NCBI RefSeq assembly: GCF_009914755.1
Contig: NC_060937.1
From: the human T2T-CHM13v2.0 reference genome, Homo sapiens
DNA length: 64,000 bases
Strand: one strand, 5' to 3'
A program made the position numbers and the translations under genes. This document shows, one piece after another, positions 12,271 to 25,563 of the stretch. The notes beneath the pieces are model-generated. The model did not search any database and was not told the origin of the DNA. It saw nothing but the letters and a program-made list of their open reading frames with translations. Numbering within the stretch: the stretch's first letter is position 1; every line of letters begins with the position of its first letter.

Positions 12271-13349
12271 CATGAATTACAGCTGATTTGTAAAACAAAC
12301 ACAATTTGTGCATACCGTAATATCACATTGACAAAAAAATACTAGAAATGCAAAAAGCAGTTTCTTAAATAATTATGCTTATATTTAAATTTCTTGAATA
12401 TAAGATAATCTTTTATAAATTTATATTTTACTTTTACTTGAATTTTGATCTACTTCTCTGATAGCCAGGATCAAAGTATCCAACTGGGAGCTCTGATGGA
12501 CGTTAAGCCTCCAAGCCCTTTCTAGAATCAATGGAAACACTATAAAGATTTCCTTTATTTGACTCCCACTTTGTCATTGACTTTTCAGGATGTCTGTTTG
12601 AGTATAATCTAAAGAAAGATTGTAGAACTGCTTAATCAATATACCATTACTCTTCATGAATTTGGTTGATTATCCACTTACTTTATTGGATATTGGGTAG
12701 TAGTTCAACAGCACAGTTCCTGAATTGTAACACTTTGTTAAAGCCAAAAATCGGGCTAATCTTGAGTCTGAGCAAACATTAAACTTAATGGTGACTTTCT
12801 TTCACATGACTCCAGTTCTCTCAGAGATTCTACTGCTGCAATTTAAGTTTAATTAACTTGAAAATACTTGGCCTTAGAAAAACTTAGCCTTCCTCCTTGA
12901 GTAAATATGATTCAAAGAACCATCAAGTGAAGTGGCAACTCAATTTAATAGGGATTAAATTTTCTGTGACTATGTAATGAAAGGTAACTAGAATTACATT
13001 TTGCTACTACAGAAATATTTAGTTTTAAATAGATAAGGAGGATAATAATTTGAGGGTCAATGGCTGAGGTAATGAAGGGCACCTGAAAACAAGAATAGTT
13101 TTTTTGAATCATTTTGTAAAGGATAGTATTAGGCTGGTTTTTCATGTGTGGGGACCAGGAATTTGCCTGCAACAGTTGATCACATTCTGTCAGTTAAAAA
13201 GTTTTACATTGATTTTAGCTGATAGAGTTCTATTAGCTCAAAAACTTATAAAATAACAAAAATAAATTGTTGCCAATATGTGATTTGACACTGTGAGATA
13301 AATCATAAGTATACATTAATATATAGTTTATGTTCAGCAATTAGAATTA

Positions 13350-13505
13350 ATATTCAGAAATTAATGGCATTAGCACACTTTCTATAAGAGGAAACAGAGG
13401 TTTAGAATAGTTAAACAACTTGACAAAGTTTACAGAACAAATATAGAATTCAAAAACAGAAAGAGCTGACCTATAGGCTATGCTTTTTATCTTTATGCTA
13501 ACCAC
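13350..13505 (-). mobile_element. MIR
   Basis: gaggaaacagaggtttagaatagttaaacaacttgacaaagtttacag. Confidence 0.7.
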
Positions 13506-14659
13506 TTGATATACCTTTTGACAGAAAGTTTTCAGAGAATTATTTCAGTATTGATTCTGGTTAGGGTCTTTCTGTGTGGAAGCTGTTTATTTATTTCCAA
13601 AGCAGACAGATCACTTCCTTCCAACACACATTTTATGACTCTGCAAAGTTGCTATTCCCGTAAATGGACCTATCAATCATCGCAAAACCCCAGTGGAGTG
13701 AAATGACCCACTCTCTGCATCATTCACCCACAATGATTCCTGTTTTTGTGACCTGATCAGCTGATTCTTATTCTCATGCCTCATGATTCTCAAACTCTCC
13801 TCTGGCTTTGCATTTTGCTTCTCAAAACTTGCTTCAGGTTTGCTTGCCTTTGGGATCCCTTTGACATGCCTCTCAATGTGATCCCTCAGTAATTGCTCTC
13901 AGATGATCTTAAATTCACCTTTACAGGCCTACGCAATTTCACTAAAAGAGAAAGACCCTTCTTTATGACATCATGAGAAAGAAGACCAGTTTGGGCCAAC
14001 CCCACTCAATAGCTCTTGCCTGAGAATTAAATGAAATACTATCTGTATGTATGCAGTTAGGATCTCTGAGGCCTAGACTGTCCATTGGAGGTAAGCCTGT
14101 TACAATTAGTTCCTTTACAAATTTGCTGTTTCACACACCTCTGAATATGCTGGAGTTGCGGCTCTTATCCGCTTTTCACAATATGTCTGTCATTGTTTCC
14201 TGTGGTTGCCCATAAATACCATCTGTGGCTTCAGTGGGAGAGGACTTGAAAACCTCACTGGAGATTGGCAGAAAATCACCTTTCCCCATCTGAATGACTC
14301 CCTACTAGCTATGACTTTAATAGTTTGCATACCGTGGTTACTTTCTATTTTCAAAACAACTCCCTCTCCTACCCCATAATACCTACAGAACCCTAGCCAT
14401 CTGACCTAACTGGAATTAGAAATGGGTTCTGATTAGAAAGATTTTTTTTTCTTTCAACTCTTTAATTTCTAATTCTAGGTAAATCACTGAGATATCTAAG
14501 TAAGATAGAATAATAATGTAGTAAGTAAATAACAGGGAAGTAAAATATAGTAAACTTTTTTAAATGTTAAAAACAATCATATGAATACCATTTAAAACTA
14601 ATAAAGTTAAAAATTGTATCTTCTCAGGTACTCAAAGGAAAAAAAATAAATATAGAGTT

Positions 14660-15030
14660 ATTAGTATGTGCCAGGACATGTGCTAGATATTGAGAGATAC
14701 AAAGCTAATAATGCACAGATTTTCTTCTCAAGAAATTTGAAATGTAATATAGGGAAAAAATTTGAACAAATAATGACAGCATAAGCTATATATGTGCTAT
14801 ATGAGTGTGTAAAAATAGCCATAAGGACATCAAAGTACAAATAGCAACTCTGCAGGAAAGACTTCACCAAAGAATTTTTTGTTTAAAAGCGAGAATATAA
14901 TTTACAGATGGTAAAGAGGAATACTGAGGCAGTTGTAAAAATATGTGCTAAAACTTGAGCCATGAAACAATATTGTGTCTTTGGAAAAGGCCAAAACTTG
15001 AAGAATCAGACAGTGTAGGTAAAGACAGAC
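14660..15030 (-). mobile_element. L2 fragment
   Basis: tatgtgccaggacatgtgctagatattgagagatacaaag...ggaaagacttcacc. Confidence 0.6.
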
Positions 15031-15049
15031 TTGAATTCAGAAATGAAGA

Positions 15050-16800
15050 GATGAAATTAGTGCAAGAAACTTATCAACTCTTGGCATTTAAGGGGGAGGG
15101 ATCTAATAAAAGAAATTAAGAGTTTACAGGTTCATTGAGATGGCTAGAGAAGTATATATCATGAAACTGCCCCAGGAGGTATAGACAGCCAGGGCAAACT
15201 ATTTTATTGAAGCCGTGCTTCAGAAGTAAAGGAGCCACTGCTCATGTGTTGACTTTTCAATATCCACAAAGCAGTCACCAGATACTGGAACGCTGAATCC
15301 AACCAATGAAGTTTTCCACTTACTATTCACCTTGCTGTGACTTCTACTGCCCACTGAAAGGGCAGCAAAAAGATGGATTTTACCTTTTCCATCAAATATC
15401 ATAAAAAATCATTTAATTAATAGAACCTAATTTTAAGACAATTACCTTTCAATATAAGAAGTTATCCATGACAAACAATTGAACAAACTCACAATATTCT
15501 CCACTGATCATCTTTTTCAGTATTCAGTATCCATATATACACTTCCACATGTACTTTTACTTCTCAAATTTAGCAATAGTACCAATGTAATATCTTCAGC
15601 ATTATAAAACCACCCATTTTATAAAGAAAGGTTCACTTACCCTCTCCACAGTAACAAAGATTCACAGTCCTATCAGTCACCTTTATAAACTCCAGATGAA
15701 GATTATTCATCTTTTAGTTTGGTCAAAATCTACTTGGGGTGCTATAACAAAATTATGAAGCAAATCTTTAAAGTACGTCTTTGCTTAAATAATGAAGGAT
15801 AGTAGAGTAAAATTACTGAAGTGTTTATGTATCTGCATATCTATGGAGCAACTGCATTCATTATTTCCACAAATGATTATGAGATCACAGATGGTGTTGA
15901 TAACTTCTAGTTCTCCTAAATAAAAGGCACATCAAACACTAGAGCTCTGCAATCTAGATGAGCTGGCCTTCTCTTGTTCTGACTTTTGTTTGTCATTCAG
16001 TGAATGAGTCAGAGCAACAAATCAAATGCATGACACTACCTTCAACATCCAGAATCTTATAAGCCACTTTATCTTTAAGTGCTAGGAAGAGCCAGGCACT
16101 GAAACTTTGTGCTCCTTGAAGGGGTTATTTGCACCAGAACACAATATACCCAGAAAATTCATATAAATACAAAGTCTCCAAATATTTGTTTCCATATTTT
16201 TTGCTCTAATTTGCAATTGACCTATTTTTTCAAAGTTGGTTTTTTAGATACCTTATTCCAGGTGACCACAGTGGATTGATTACAGAACAATTTTGCTAAC
16301 ATGTTCTTAGACTACCAGTTTCTCATTTTCAGGTGGCATCAGGATTGTTCTTCAGCTCCCACATACTCAACCAGGTCAAATAATCAATGCCTGAACTTCT
16401 GATATGACAGTGATGCAGTAAATAAAACTTTTCTAAGGTGTTTTAAAGAAAAATTGATTTATTGCACAAAATTATGTGCAAGCAAAAATCGTGAAGAGAT
16501 GAGGAAAGTAAATTCTGAAGTCTATTTTTAAGTGGGTTTAATATAAAAACAACCAATTTAATGTAGCTGCAATTCAAATCTTGAGATGCCGTAACTGCTC
16601 TAACCATTGCATAACCACCACCTGATACCCATTGATTGACAGTTCCCATGAAAATGATCTCTGGCTGAAACAATAGCTGCCATTGACATACTCATGAAGC
16701 TAATTATTAGATCCTGAGAGGTTGAGTCCAGGCATTGCCACATCAGCCACTTGATCATCTGTTCTCTAAGACTTCTAATGCTAGCAGAAATAGCAGTAAG
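15050..16800 (-). mobile_element. Very old ERVL/MaLR LTR plus internal relic
   Basis: Scattered motifs resembling antisense ERVL/MaLR internal sequence (ttcacttaccctctcc, ctttgtgctccttgaagg, cagccacttgatc); low certainty. Confidence 0.35.
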
Positions 16801-17570
16801 GAAATGCTACCTACCTCACTTCTACCTTCCAACTCTCAAATGGATACATATGAATGAAAAAAAAAAACTTAACTACCATTCAGAATCCAGATTCTCAGGA
16901 TCTTTTTTTAATATTGCCAACTTCTTCTATAAAGAACAATATCCCAAAAGTATGGAATGCAGGCTAAGTAAATCAATCCATAATATCCTCTTTCAGACAA
17001 AGCTTTTCAGACAAAGCAAAGAGAAAGAATGCTATGTCATGACACTTAAATTTTAAGCTTCAGAATTTAGGCAATTTGGGATGGGCATAGAAGTTTTTAG
17101 GTGGAAGGGTAATATTAGATTTGATTTTTACATTTCTGTTGGAAAGTTGGAGCTTGGTTTGGTAATATTTGAGGTTTGGTCGGTTAAATACATGATTGGA
17201 AATAAAAAGATACCAGCTAATATGCCAGTTAAGAAAGAATGGTGACATAGTGACATAATGACAGTTTTCCCTATGGATGTGTTTGGCTATATAAAAATAA
17301 AGTCCACAAGAAACAAAAAGATAATAAAATTTTGGATTTATTCTCTTCCTTTAGTATTCACAATTTTAAAGCTTAAAATTTAAATATAGTACAAAGTATA
17401 GAAGAAGTTGTACAATGAAAGTAGATTATGAATTTTCACCATGTATATAAGTGAAAATATAACACCAAAAGTAAAAACCTTAAACATAAACAAGTGAATA
17501 AATTGGTTTTCATTAAAAAATAAGAGCTATTATTCTTTAAAATATATTAACTGGATGAAAAGACAAACTA

Positions 17571-18541
17571 AATTACCTTGTGATCCAGTAATCCCACCTC
17601 TAAGTAAATGGCCAAAGGAACTGAAATTGATATATTGAAGAGATATCTGCACTCCAGTGTTCACTGCAACATTATTCACAATAGCCAAGCTACCAAATCA
17701 ACCTGTGTCCATCAATGGATGAATGGATTAAGAAAAGTGATACTGTCTATATAGTACTATATGGCCTTTAAAATAAAAGAAAATTCTACCATTTGCAACA
17801 GTATGAATAAACCCAAAGGACATTACGCTAAGTGAAGTAATCAAAGCACAGAAAGACCAATACTGCATTATTACACTTATATATGACATCTTACAAAGTT
17901 TAACATGTAGGCTGGGTGGGTGGCTGATACCTGTAATCCCAGGACTTTGGGAGGCCAAGGCGGGCTGATCACCTGAGGTCGGGAGTTTAAGACCAGCCTG
18001 ACCAACACAGAGAAACCGCGTCCCTACTAAAAATATCAAATTAGCAGAACATGGTGGTGCATGCCTGTAATCCTAACTACTCAGGAGGCTGAGGCAGGCG
18101 AATCACTTGAACCCAGGACGCGGAGGCTGCGGTGAGCCGAGATCGCACCATTGTACTCCAGCCTCGGCAACAAGAGCAAAACTCCACCTCAAAAAAAAAA
18201 AGTTTAACATGTAGAAGAAGCAGAGAATTATATTCGTGGTTACCAGAGGCTGGGAGGTGGGGAAGATGGGAAAATAGCACATGCTAGTCATGGGGTACAA
18301 AGTTCCAAATTGACGCCAGGAATAAGTTTAAGAGAATCTATTGAACAGCCTGGTGACCATAGTTAATAATGCATTATATATTTAAATTTTTTTTAAATAG
18401 TAGATTTTAAACATTCTAATCATAAAACATATAAATGGGAGAGGTAATGTTAAATTTGTATACACATATCAAAACATCACATTGTACCCCACACATATAT
18501 ACAATTATTTTTGTCAAATCAAAATAAAACTTCACTAAAAT
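17571..18541 (+). mobile_element. L1MA-type 3' end nested in the older L1M
   Basis: gaagagatatctgcactcc...aaaacatcacattgtacccc; TSD aaagacaaacta (17559-17570) / aaagaaaaacta (18542-18553). Confidence 0.85.
17910..18198 (+). mobile_element. AluSp-like
   Basis: gaggtcgggagtt, cctgaccaac...gagaaacc and caacaagagcaaaactcc diagnostics; perfect 15-bp TSD aaagtttaacatgta (17895-17909, 18199-18213). Confidence 0.92.
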
Positions 18542-19405
18542 AAAGAAAAACTACAGACTCAGAGAAGTCATTTGAAAAATCACATATTTGATAAAGGCCT
18601 CATATCCAAGCTAGATAATGAAATCTCAAAACTCAATAATAATAAAGAAAGAAAAACCTAAAACAAGTAGAAAGATTTGAATAGATACCTCACAAAAAAT
18701 ATGGGTAACAAATAAGCACATAAAAATAGGCAAAGCGCACTTACTTCCCACATCATTTTACTAATCATTAGGAAAATTTAAAGTAAATCAAAACATAATA
18801 TAATGAAAATCCAATTTGGATGTTTAAAATTAATAATACTGATCACACTAAATGTTCCTGAGAACATGGCATGACTCAAACTCTCACACACTGCTGTAGG
18901 AATGTAAGATGGTACAATCACTTTGGAAACCATTTTGGAAATTACATAAAACTTTAAAAATACTTCTAGCATATGACCCAGTTATTTCACTCTTAATGTT
19001 TATCTTAGAAATATAAATTCTTATATCCAAGCAAAGACTTACGTAAGAATATTCATAGCAGTTTATTGCTAATACTCAAAACCCGGGCACAACATAATGT
19101 CTATCAACAGGCATGAAAAAGCAAACTGTGTTATATACACATAATGGAATTCTATTCAGCAATAAAAATGAATGAATTAGAATACAACAGCATAAACCTC
19201 CAAATGACTATATTGAGTAGGAGTCATAAGAAATATATACTGTATAATTCTGTTAGTGTACATGTTAGAAAATGTAAATGAATCTATAGTGATAGAAAGA
19301 AAATCAGTGGTTGTCTGGAAATGTGGGAGTATGGAAATATGGTGTAGAGGGACTAACAGATTATAAGTGGGCACAAAAAACTTTAGGAGTTACGGGTATC
19401 CTCAC

Positions 19406-19492
19406 AATTTTTAACAGCTCTACTGAAGCTCATGCTTCACACACCAAGGTAATAAACATAGTCCATCACCTTTAAAAGTTTATTTGTGTCCC

Positions 19493-19533
<41 letters not shown>

Positions 19534-20272
19534 TAAGAACACTTAATATGAGATCTACCTTAGACAATCTATACAGCAGATTTCTAGAATTTATTCAGCC
19601 TACAAATTAAAATTTTTATCCATTGAGCAACATCACAATCTTCCCACATCCCTGACAACCATCAATCTATTCTCTGCTTTTATGAGTTTGACTATTTTTT
19701 GTATCTCATGTCAGGTTAATCACACAAAATTTGGGTTTCTGAGACTGGGTTATTTCACTTAGTATGATGTCTTCCAGGTTCATCCACGTTGTCACAAATG
19801 GTATAAATTCTTTATTTTTTAAGGCTGAACAGTATTCCATTGTGTATGTGTGTGTGCATGTGTTTGTGTGTGTGTTTATATACACATATCCCCACACCCA
19901 CCCACTCACCACCATGCACACTCACAGATACATACCACATTTTCTTTATTCATTCATCAGTGGGCATTTGTGTAATTTACATATCTTAACTATTGTAAAT
20001 AATACTGCAGTAAACATGGAAGTGCAGATATCAAAACCACAACAAGCTATCACTTCACACTTATTAGGACAAGTCAAAAAAACTAAAGATACATTTTGTA
20101 TCTCTTGTACATTGTGGGAATGTAAAATGGCATAGCTACTATGGAAAATAGTATGAAAGTTCCTCAGAACACTAAAAATAGAACTACTATATGATCCAAC
20201 AATTCCACTTCTGGATATATATTTTCAAAAGTATTGAAACCAGAATCTTGAAGAGATCATTGTTCACTGCAG
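19406..20272 (-). mobile_element. L1MA/MB-type 3' end with 5' inversion
   Basis: 19406-20032 is antisense 3'UTR; 20033-20272 is the upstream segment in sense orientation. Confidence 0.8.
19495..19532. repeat. (TG)19 microsatellite
   Basis: Perfect dinucleotide run. Confidence 0.97.
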
Positions 20273-20419
20273 ATAAGCTCATTATTTTATCTGTGGTGAT
20301 CATTACACAGGTGTATACATATATGAAAATGTATAAAATTGTACACATTAAATGTGCAGTTTATTGTGTATAAATTATATCTCAAGAAAGTGGATCTAAA
20401 AATAACCGGTTTCAGAAGT

Positions 20420-20760
20420 TATTGCTTTTTATCTTTGATCTCATCTTCATTATTTTCTTCCTTCTGCTTGCTTTGAGTATACTTTGCTCTTATTTATCTA
20501 GGTTCTTAAGGTAAAAAATTAGGTTACTGACTCAGGGCCTTTTACTTATGTAAGTATTTAATGCTATAAATTTATCTTTAAGTATTTCTTCAGCTGCTCC
20601 TCAAACATTTTGTCATATTGCATTTTAATTTTCTTACAATTCAAAATATTTTCTCAATTATTGCATAATTTTTTTCTTCGGGTCATGATTTTTAGAAGCG
20701 TAGTTTAATTTCTAAGTATTTGGAATATTTTGCAGTTATCTCAGTTATTGACTTCTGTTG
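20420..20760 (-). mobile_element. L1M ORF2 fragment
   Basis: ttcttccttctgcttgctttgag...atttaatgctataaattt. Confidence 0.75.
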
Positions 20761-22489
20761 AGTAGATTGTATTATTTTATGCTGCCCATACTTTGGCCAT
20801 TAATTAAAGAGGGTTTTTTTTCTGCTTACTTCTATATTGCTCAGTGTCTACTCCTTATATACTCTGCTAGGGGTAAGCCATTGTTCACATCATATCTCTA
20901 CTTGGAGATACCCATTTCTCTTTGGATTTCAGACTATTTGGTTGTCTTTATTTAGAGGATTTACATCCCTAGCAAAGAAATTAATGTACGGTCCTACTGT
21001 CAAGAAAGAAGGAAATTACAGAAATATAGAGACAGCGTTTGGTTCTTGTCACTCCCAATTATTTCACTAACACATTTGAAAAGGGGATCTTTAGAATATT
21101 CATTTTGAGATAACAATCCTTTCAGAACATTCAGACATTGTAAAATGTAAAGATATATCTTTTTCTTATTTATAAGAATGCTTTCGTATGTGACGTTTTA
21201 TATGAATCTATTTAAGTGCATGTTATGTGAGGTTTTTAGATATGTGTAGGTTAACACATTTACTATGTTTATAATGCTGGCGCTAGAGTCTGATAATAAC
21301 AACAAATATTACCCCAATTAGGTAATTCATTTTTCCTATTCTGCTTTTTCATACTGAAGCCATTACTCATTTTTAATGGAAACTGTCATTATTTTCTTCA
21401 ATATACAAATATGAAATAATCAACATTTTAATAACTCCAATGGAGGTTAGCATTTTGTCATTGTAGCTCCAAAGATTTTTTTGGTTGTAAACACAGAGAT
21501 TATACTATTATATAAATGTGTTATTCTGCAGAGTTTGTTTCTAATGACACACTTTTAAAAATTTACTTTCTACAGTTATTTGGAGGAGAGGAGGCATCTA
21601 AATTTAAAAAAAAATAGAAGTAGAAGGAGATGATGAAGAACTGACCTATGGCATCAAGTGATCTATGTGGTCTATGCAACATAAAACACTAAAAGTAAAA
21701 CCAGTTATTATTTTTGGCAACAAAGGTTATTCTTGTTGGTCATTCATAGGGACCAGACATCTATCTTGTTTTATTGCTAATTCAGAAAGTGTTATGTTTA
21801 GACATCTGATATATTACAAAAAAGGTTTGTAAAACAAAAGTAATTCATTGTAATGTAAGTAGGTCATTCAGTCTATGCTGTTACAATGAGTTAAAACCTA
21901 ACTGATTTATTCAGCTAGACAGCTACAATAATAAACACTTCACAAAATTATATATGGTGAATTGTTATTTCATTTAGATACTGACTGATCTTCAAAAATT
22001 CATGTAGCTTAAAAATATACATATGATCATCATAGTAGAATTGTATCTCAAGATCGAATCTTGAAAGTATTTGACAAATATGACAGAAATATAAATGACA
22101 AAGAAGAATTAAGAATATAAGCATGGATGATTTATTTAAATATGTAAGCACGTTTCAACTTAATGAATAAACTTATATATCAAACATTTTGAATGCAAAC
22201 CCATTTAGATAATGTTTTCACTTTTGTAATCTTTTACTTCTCTTTATTGTTAAGTCAAAAGCACTACAATTGAATTCTAAAACCAAATGAAATGAATTGA
22301 AAAGGACAAAAGAAATTAAATGATCAAAAGCAAAATGATTATACCAATGCCTGATATACCCAGTAATAAAGAAAATATTCAAAAATACATATGAATGCCC
22401 AACCCCCAAATTTAGACAGGTTATATTATATTTCCCAGTTATTTTAAAGATAGTAGAGATTTCCAAATATTTTTGTGTTGCTGATATTA

Positions 22490-22870
22490 CTGAGATTGAC
22501 ATTTCAGGCATGTGTTAAGCTTTGTGCATTCATTATCTCATTTAATTATCAAAAAAGCCTACCGTATTTCATCAATTTAAATACAGTAATCATTTCTTAT
22601 TCTTTTTTCTATTAACATCTCTGAAATCAGGATTCATGTTAAAATTGATGGAATACCATAGTGTAATTATTGGCCTTTTGTTTTTTATTAATGATGTGTA
22701 AAACAATGATGTGGCCTACATTCTATGGCATCTTAGAGTACTAGAAATGCAGCAGTGTGAATTTTGTACATACAAAAAAAAGAATATCAGAGAGGCTAAT
22801 AAGCCTGATTGAAGTGAAATAACTAACAAGTTTTAGAACGAAGATTCCAACAGAGGACTCTGTGATATCT
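22490..22870 (-). mobile_element. MIR interrupted by MER104
   Basis: caggcatgtgttaagcttt...tatctcatttaatt before the insert; cagagaggctaataagcctg after it. Confidence 0.55.
22560..22754. mobile_element. MER104-like TcMar-Tc2 non-autonomous DNA transposon
   Basis: taccgtatttcatcaat terminus, ttaacatctctgaaatcaggat, atggcatcttagag near the other end. Confidence 0.7.
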
Positions 22871-23439
22871 TTACACTGATACAAGTTAACGAGTTATCCT
22901 ATAATACTTTCCCACATATTATTTGTATGTAATATTTTCAACATTACAACTTATGTAATGATTACAATAATCATTTTATCATTGTTTTACCTGCAGTTAA
23001 ATAGTTAATTTTAACAACAGATACTATTAAAGGAAAACGTATTTTCATTTTTATTTTCTCATTTGAATCAATAATATATCTTGTTATTAGTTCTATTCTT
23101 AGAACTTGAAAGAATGCCAGCAATTACCTTTGATAACAATATTAAAAATCAAAATGATTGCTGCCACTATAATGTTCATCAACATAATGATAATCTTTGA
23201 ATGCTTGTGTGAGAAGACTTTTTTTCATAAGACATCAAGAAGTACTATGTAATTATCAGAATTTACCTGTAAACAAATCATACGTAGTCATGCCTTAACT
23301 GTGTACCAAATTCACCTGATATTGTACATGAAGTGAAGCTAAATAGGCAATTTATTTTATATAAACATATTTTATACATATTTTTTATTTTCTTTATGAA
23401 GATTAAGGTAAAGGTATAATTATTATAAATATAATTAGC

Positions 23440-23810
23440 TTATTAATTTAACAAATATTCATTAATCATCTGTTAAATTCCAAACATTTATTGCTATGGT
23501 GGCTATATTGTTAAATAAAAATGATGTCTTCCCTCAAGGATCTTCCAACTGAAGAATGAGATTTATATTGAGTAAAGATTTTTACAAATGCACACATCAA
23601 AACAAATTCTGATATTTGCTAGATAGAGGAGAGGACATAAAGGTCTGATAAGAAAGCTGTTAAGGCTCCCAAACAGGAAGAGGGGAAAGTCATGGGAGAC
23701 TTCTTTAAGAAAGTAACCTTTGAGATGAATCCCAAAGCATGAGTAGAAATTGGCCAGTATGAGAGGAAGTGTTTTCCAGGCTGAGTGAACCACCTACATC
23801 AGGGCTCCAC
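23440..23810 (-). mobile_element. L2
   Basis: atttaacaaatattcattaa...catgggagacttctttaagaaagtaacctttgagatg...ttccaggctgagtgaac. Confidence 0.7.
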
Positions 23811-23829
23811 GACAAAAGAGTGCCTCTTA

Positions 23830-24360
23830 CACACCACTTCAAATTCTCTTGGCTCATCTGTTTCTTGTTCTACCTGACCCTGTAAGGAGCAGGTCTATGT
23901 GGGTTCTGACTGCCCTTATGCAAGCACAACCTGATGGTCACTCACATCATGTTAATACCACCTGTCTTGCTTCCAATTCTCCATCCCTTTGCTTCTCTTT
24001 TTATGCTCTCGGACAATACCTGAACCTTATACATGCAAAATCTTAAGTGCAGAGAATTTAACATTTTCTGGGGCAAAGCTTTCACCATTAGGAACAAGGA
24101 GATTATGATTCAATTTCTACCCCCTTTATCTCCCACCATACATCGTCTTAAAACACAGTTTAAATTGCTCCTTAATGTTTGCCCCATAGGATCCAGAAAT
24201 TACTCACAATTGATGGAGTCTAGCTCAATAACAAACCCTGATACTCTCTCCCTTTCTACCTCCTTCCGTCTTTTTGTGCTGCTCCTGAGGCCTTTACTCC
24301 CTAATGAAGCAATTCCACAGATTCCTCTGACTTAGTTTCTGGATAGCCCATGATATAGCA
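23830..24360 (+). mobile_element. LTR33-like ERVL LTR
   Basis: ttctggggcaaagctttcaccattagg, ctcaataacaaaccctg, gtttctggatagccca near the end. Confidence 0.5.
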
Positions 24361-24671
24361 GTCCTGTTCCAGGGACTGCTACTGAAGTAATGAGTGGTCT
24401 GATGGAAGAAACAGTAGAATCCAATCCTGCTAGTTTTATAGGAAAGAGTTTTATTACATGTAATTAGGTGGTTTACATCTGGTCTTCATAAACTTACGTC
24501 ACATGGGATGTTTAGGCTTCTCATGTCCAAGCAGGGCCATCTCAAGGATTCTGACCTGCTATGCAGAGGCCCAAACAGGTCGTTCAATGGATGGGAAGAA
24601 TTGATATTTAGGCATCCATACACTATTTGTAGTAACTGGCATGCATGACCCATCACTTAGAAAGCTATAGC

Positions 24672-25026
24672 TGACATGGTTGGGCTTTGTTTTCCCCACC
24701 CAAATCTTATCTTGAATTATAGTTCCCATAATCCCCACATGTCCTGAGAGGGACCCGGTGGGAGGTAATTTAATCATGGGGGTGGTTACCCTCAGGCTGT
24801 TCTCATGAGATCTGATGGTTTCATAAGGGGCTTTTCCCCTTTTGCTGGGCACTTCTTGCTGCTTCCATGTGAAGAAGGATGTATTTGCTTACCCTTCCAC
24901 CATGATTGTAAGTTTCTTGAGGCCTCTTCAGCCATGCTGAAGTGTAAGTCAATTAAACCCTTTTCTTTTATAAATTACCCAGTCTTGGGTATGTCTTTAT
25001 TAGCATTGTGAGAATGGACAAATACA
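24672..25026 (+). mobile_element. THE1C-like MaLR solo LTR
   Basis: tgacatggttgggctttg...cccacccaaatcttatcttgaatt...gtgagaatggacaaataca. Confidence 0.92.
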
Positions 25027-25112
25027 CATGCCAACAATGAAAGCTAAAGAAACTATCTTTTCTCAGTCAGGCAGTTGCTGCTGTGGTTACCAGCTCAAGA
25101 ATCATTTCATTT

Positions 25113-25563
25113 TTTATGGCTGCATAGTAGTCCATGGTGTATATATGCCATATTTTCTTAATCCAGTCTATCATTGATGGACATTTGGGTTGGTTCGAAG
25201 TTGGAGTTCATGTCCTTTGTAGGGACATGGATGAAGCTGGAAACCATCATTCTCAGCAAACTATCGCAAGGACAGAAAACCAAATGCCACATGTTCTCAC
25301 TCATAGGTGGGAGTTGAACAATGAGAACACTTGGACACAGGGTGGGGAACAGCACACACCGGGGCCTGTTGTGGGGTCGCGGGAGTGGGGAGGGATAGCA
25401 TTAAGAGATATATCTAATGTAAATGACGAGTTAATGGGTGCAGCACACCAACATGGCACATGTATACATATGTAACAAACCTGCACGTTGTACACATGTA
25501 CCCTAGAACTTAAAGTATAATGAAAAATAAATAAATAAATAAATAAATAATAAAATTTAAAAA
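25113..25563 (+). mobile_element. L1PA4/5-like 3' end with 5' inversion
   Basis: ~90 bp antisense, then sense 3'UTR and an (AAAT)n tail; perfect 16-bp TSD aagaatcatttcattt (25097-25112, 25564-25579). Confidence 0.95.

Larger units (their letters stand above)
17440..20392 (+). mobile_element. Old L1M (L1MC/MD-like) ORF2 end and 3'UTR in three pieces (~17440-17570, 18554-19405, 20273-20392)
   Basis: Removing the inserts rejoins gatgaaaagacaaacta|cagactcagagaag, which is continuous L1 sequence. Confidence 0.7.

Noticed and set aside
16991-17017. Short tandem duplications (tttcagacaaagc x2; also ~36994, ~37824, 54509-54539, ~59245)
   Set aside because: Ordinary slippage products
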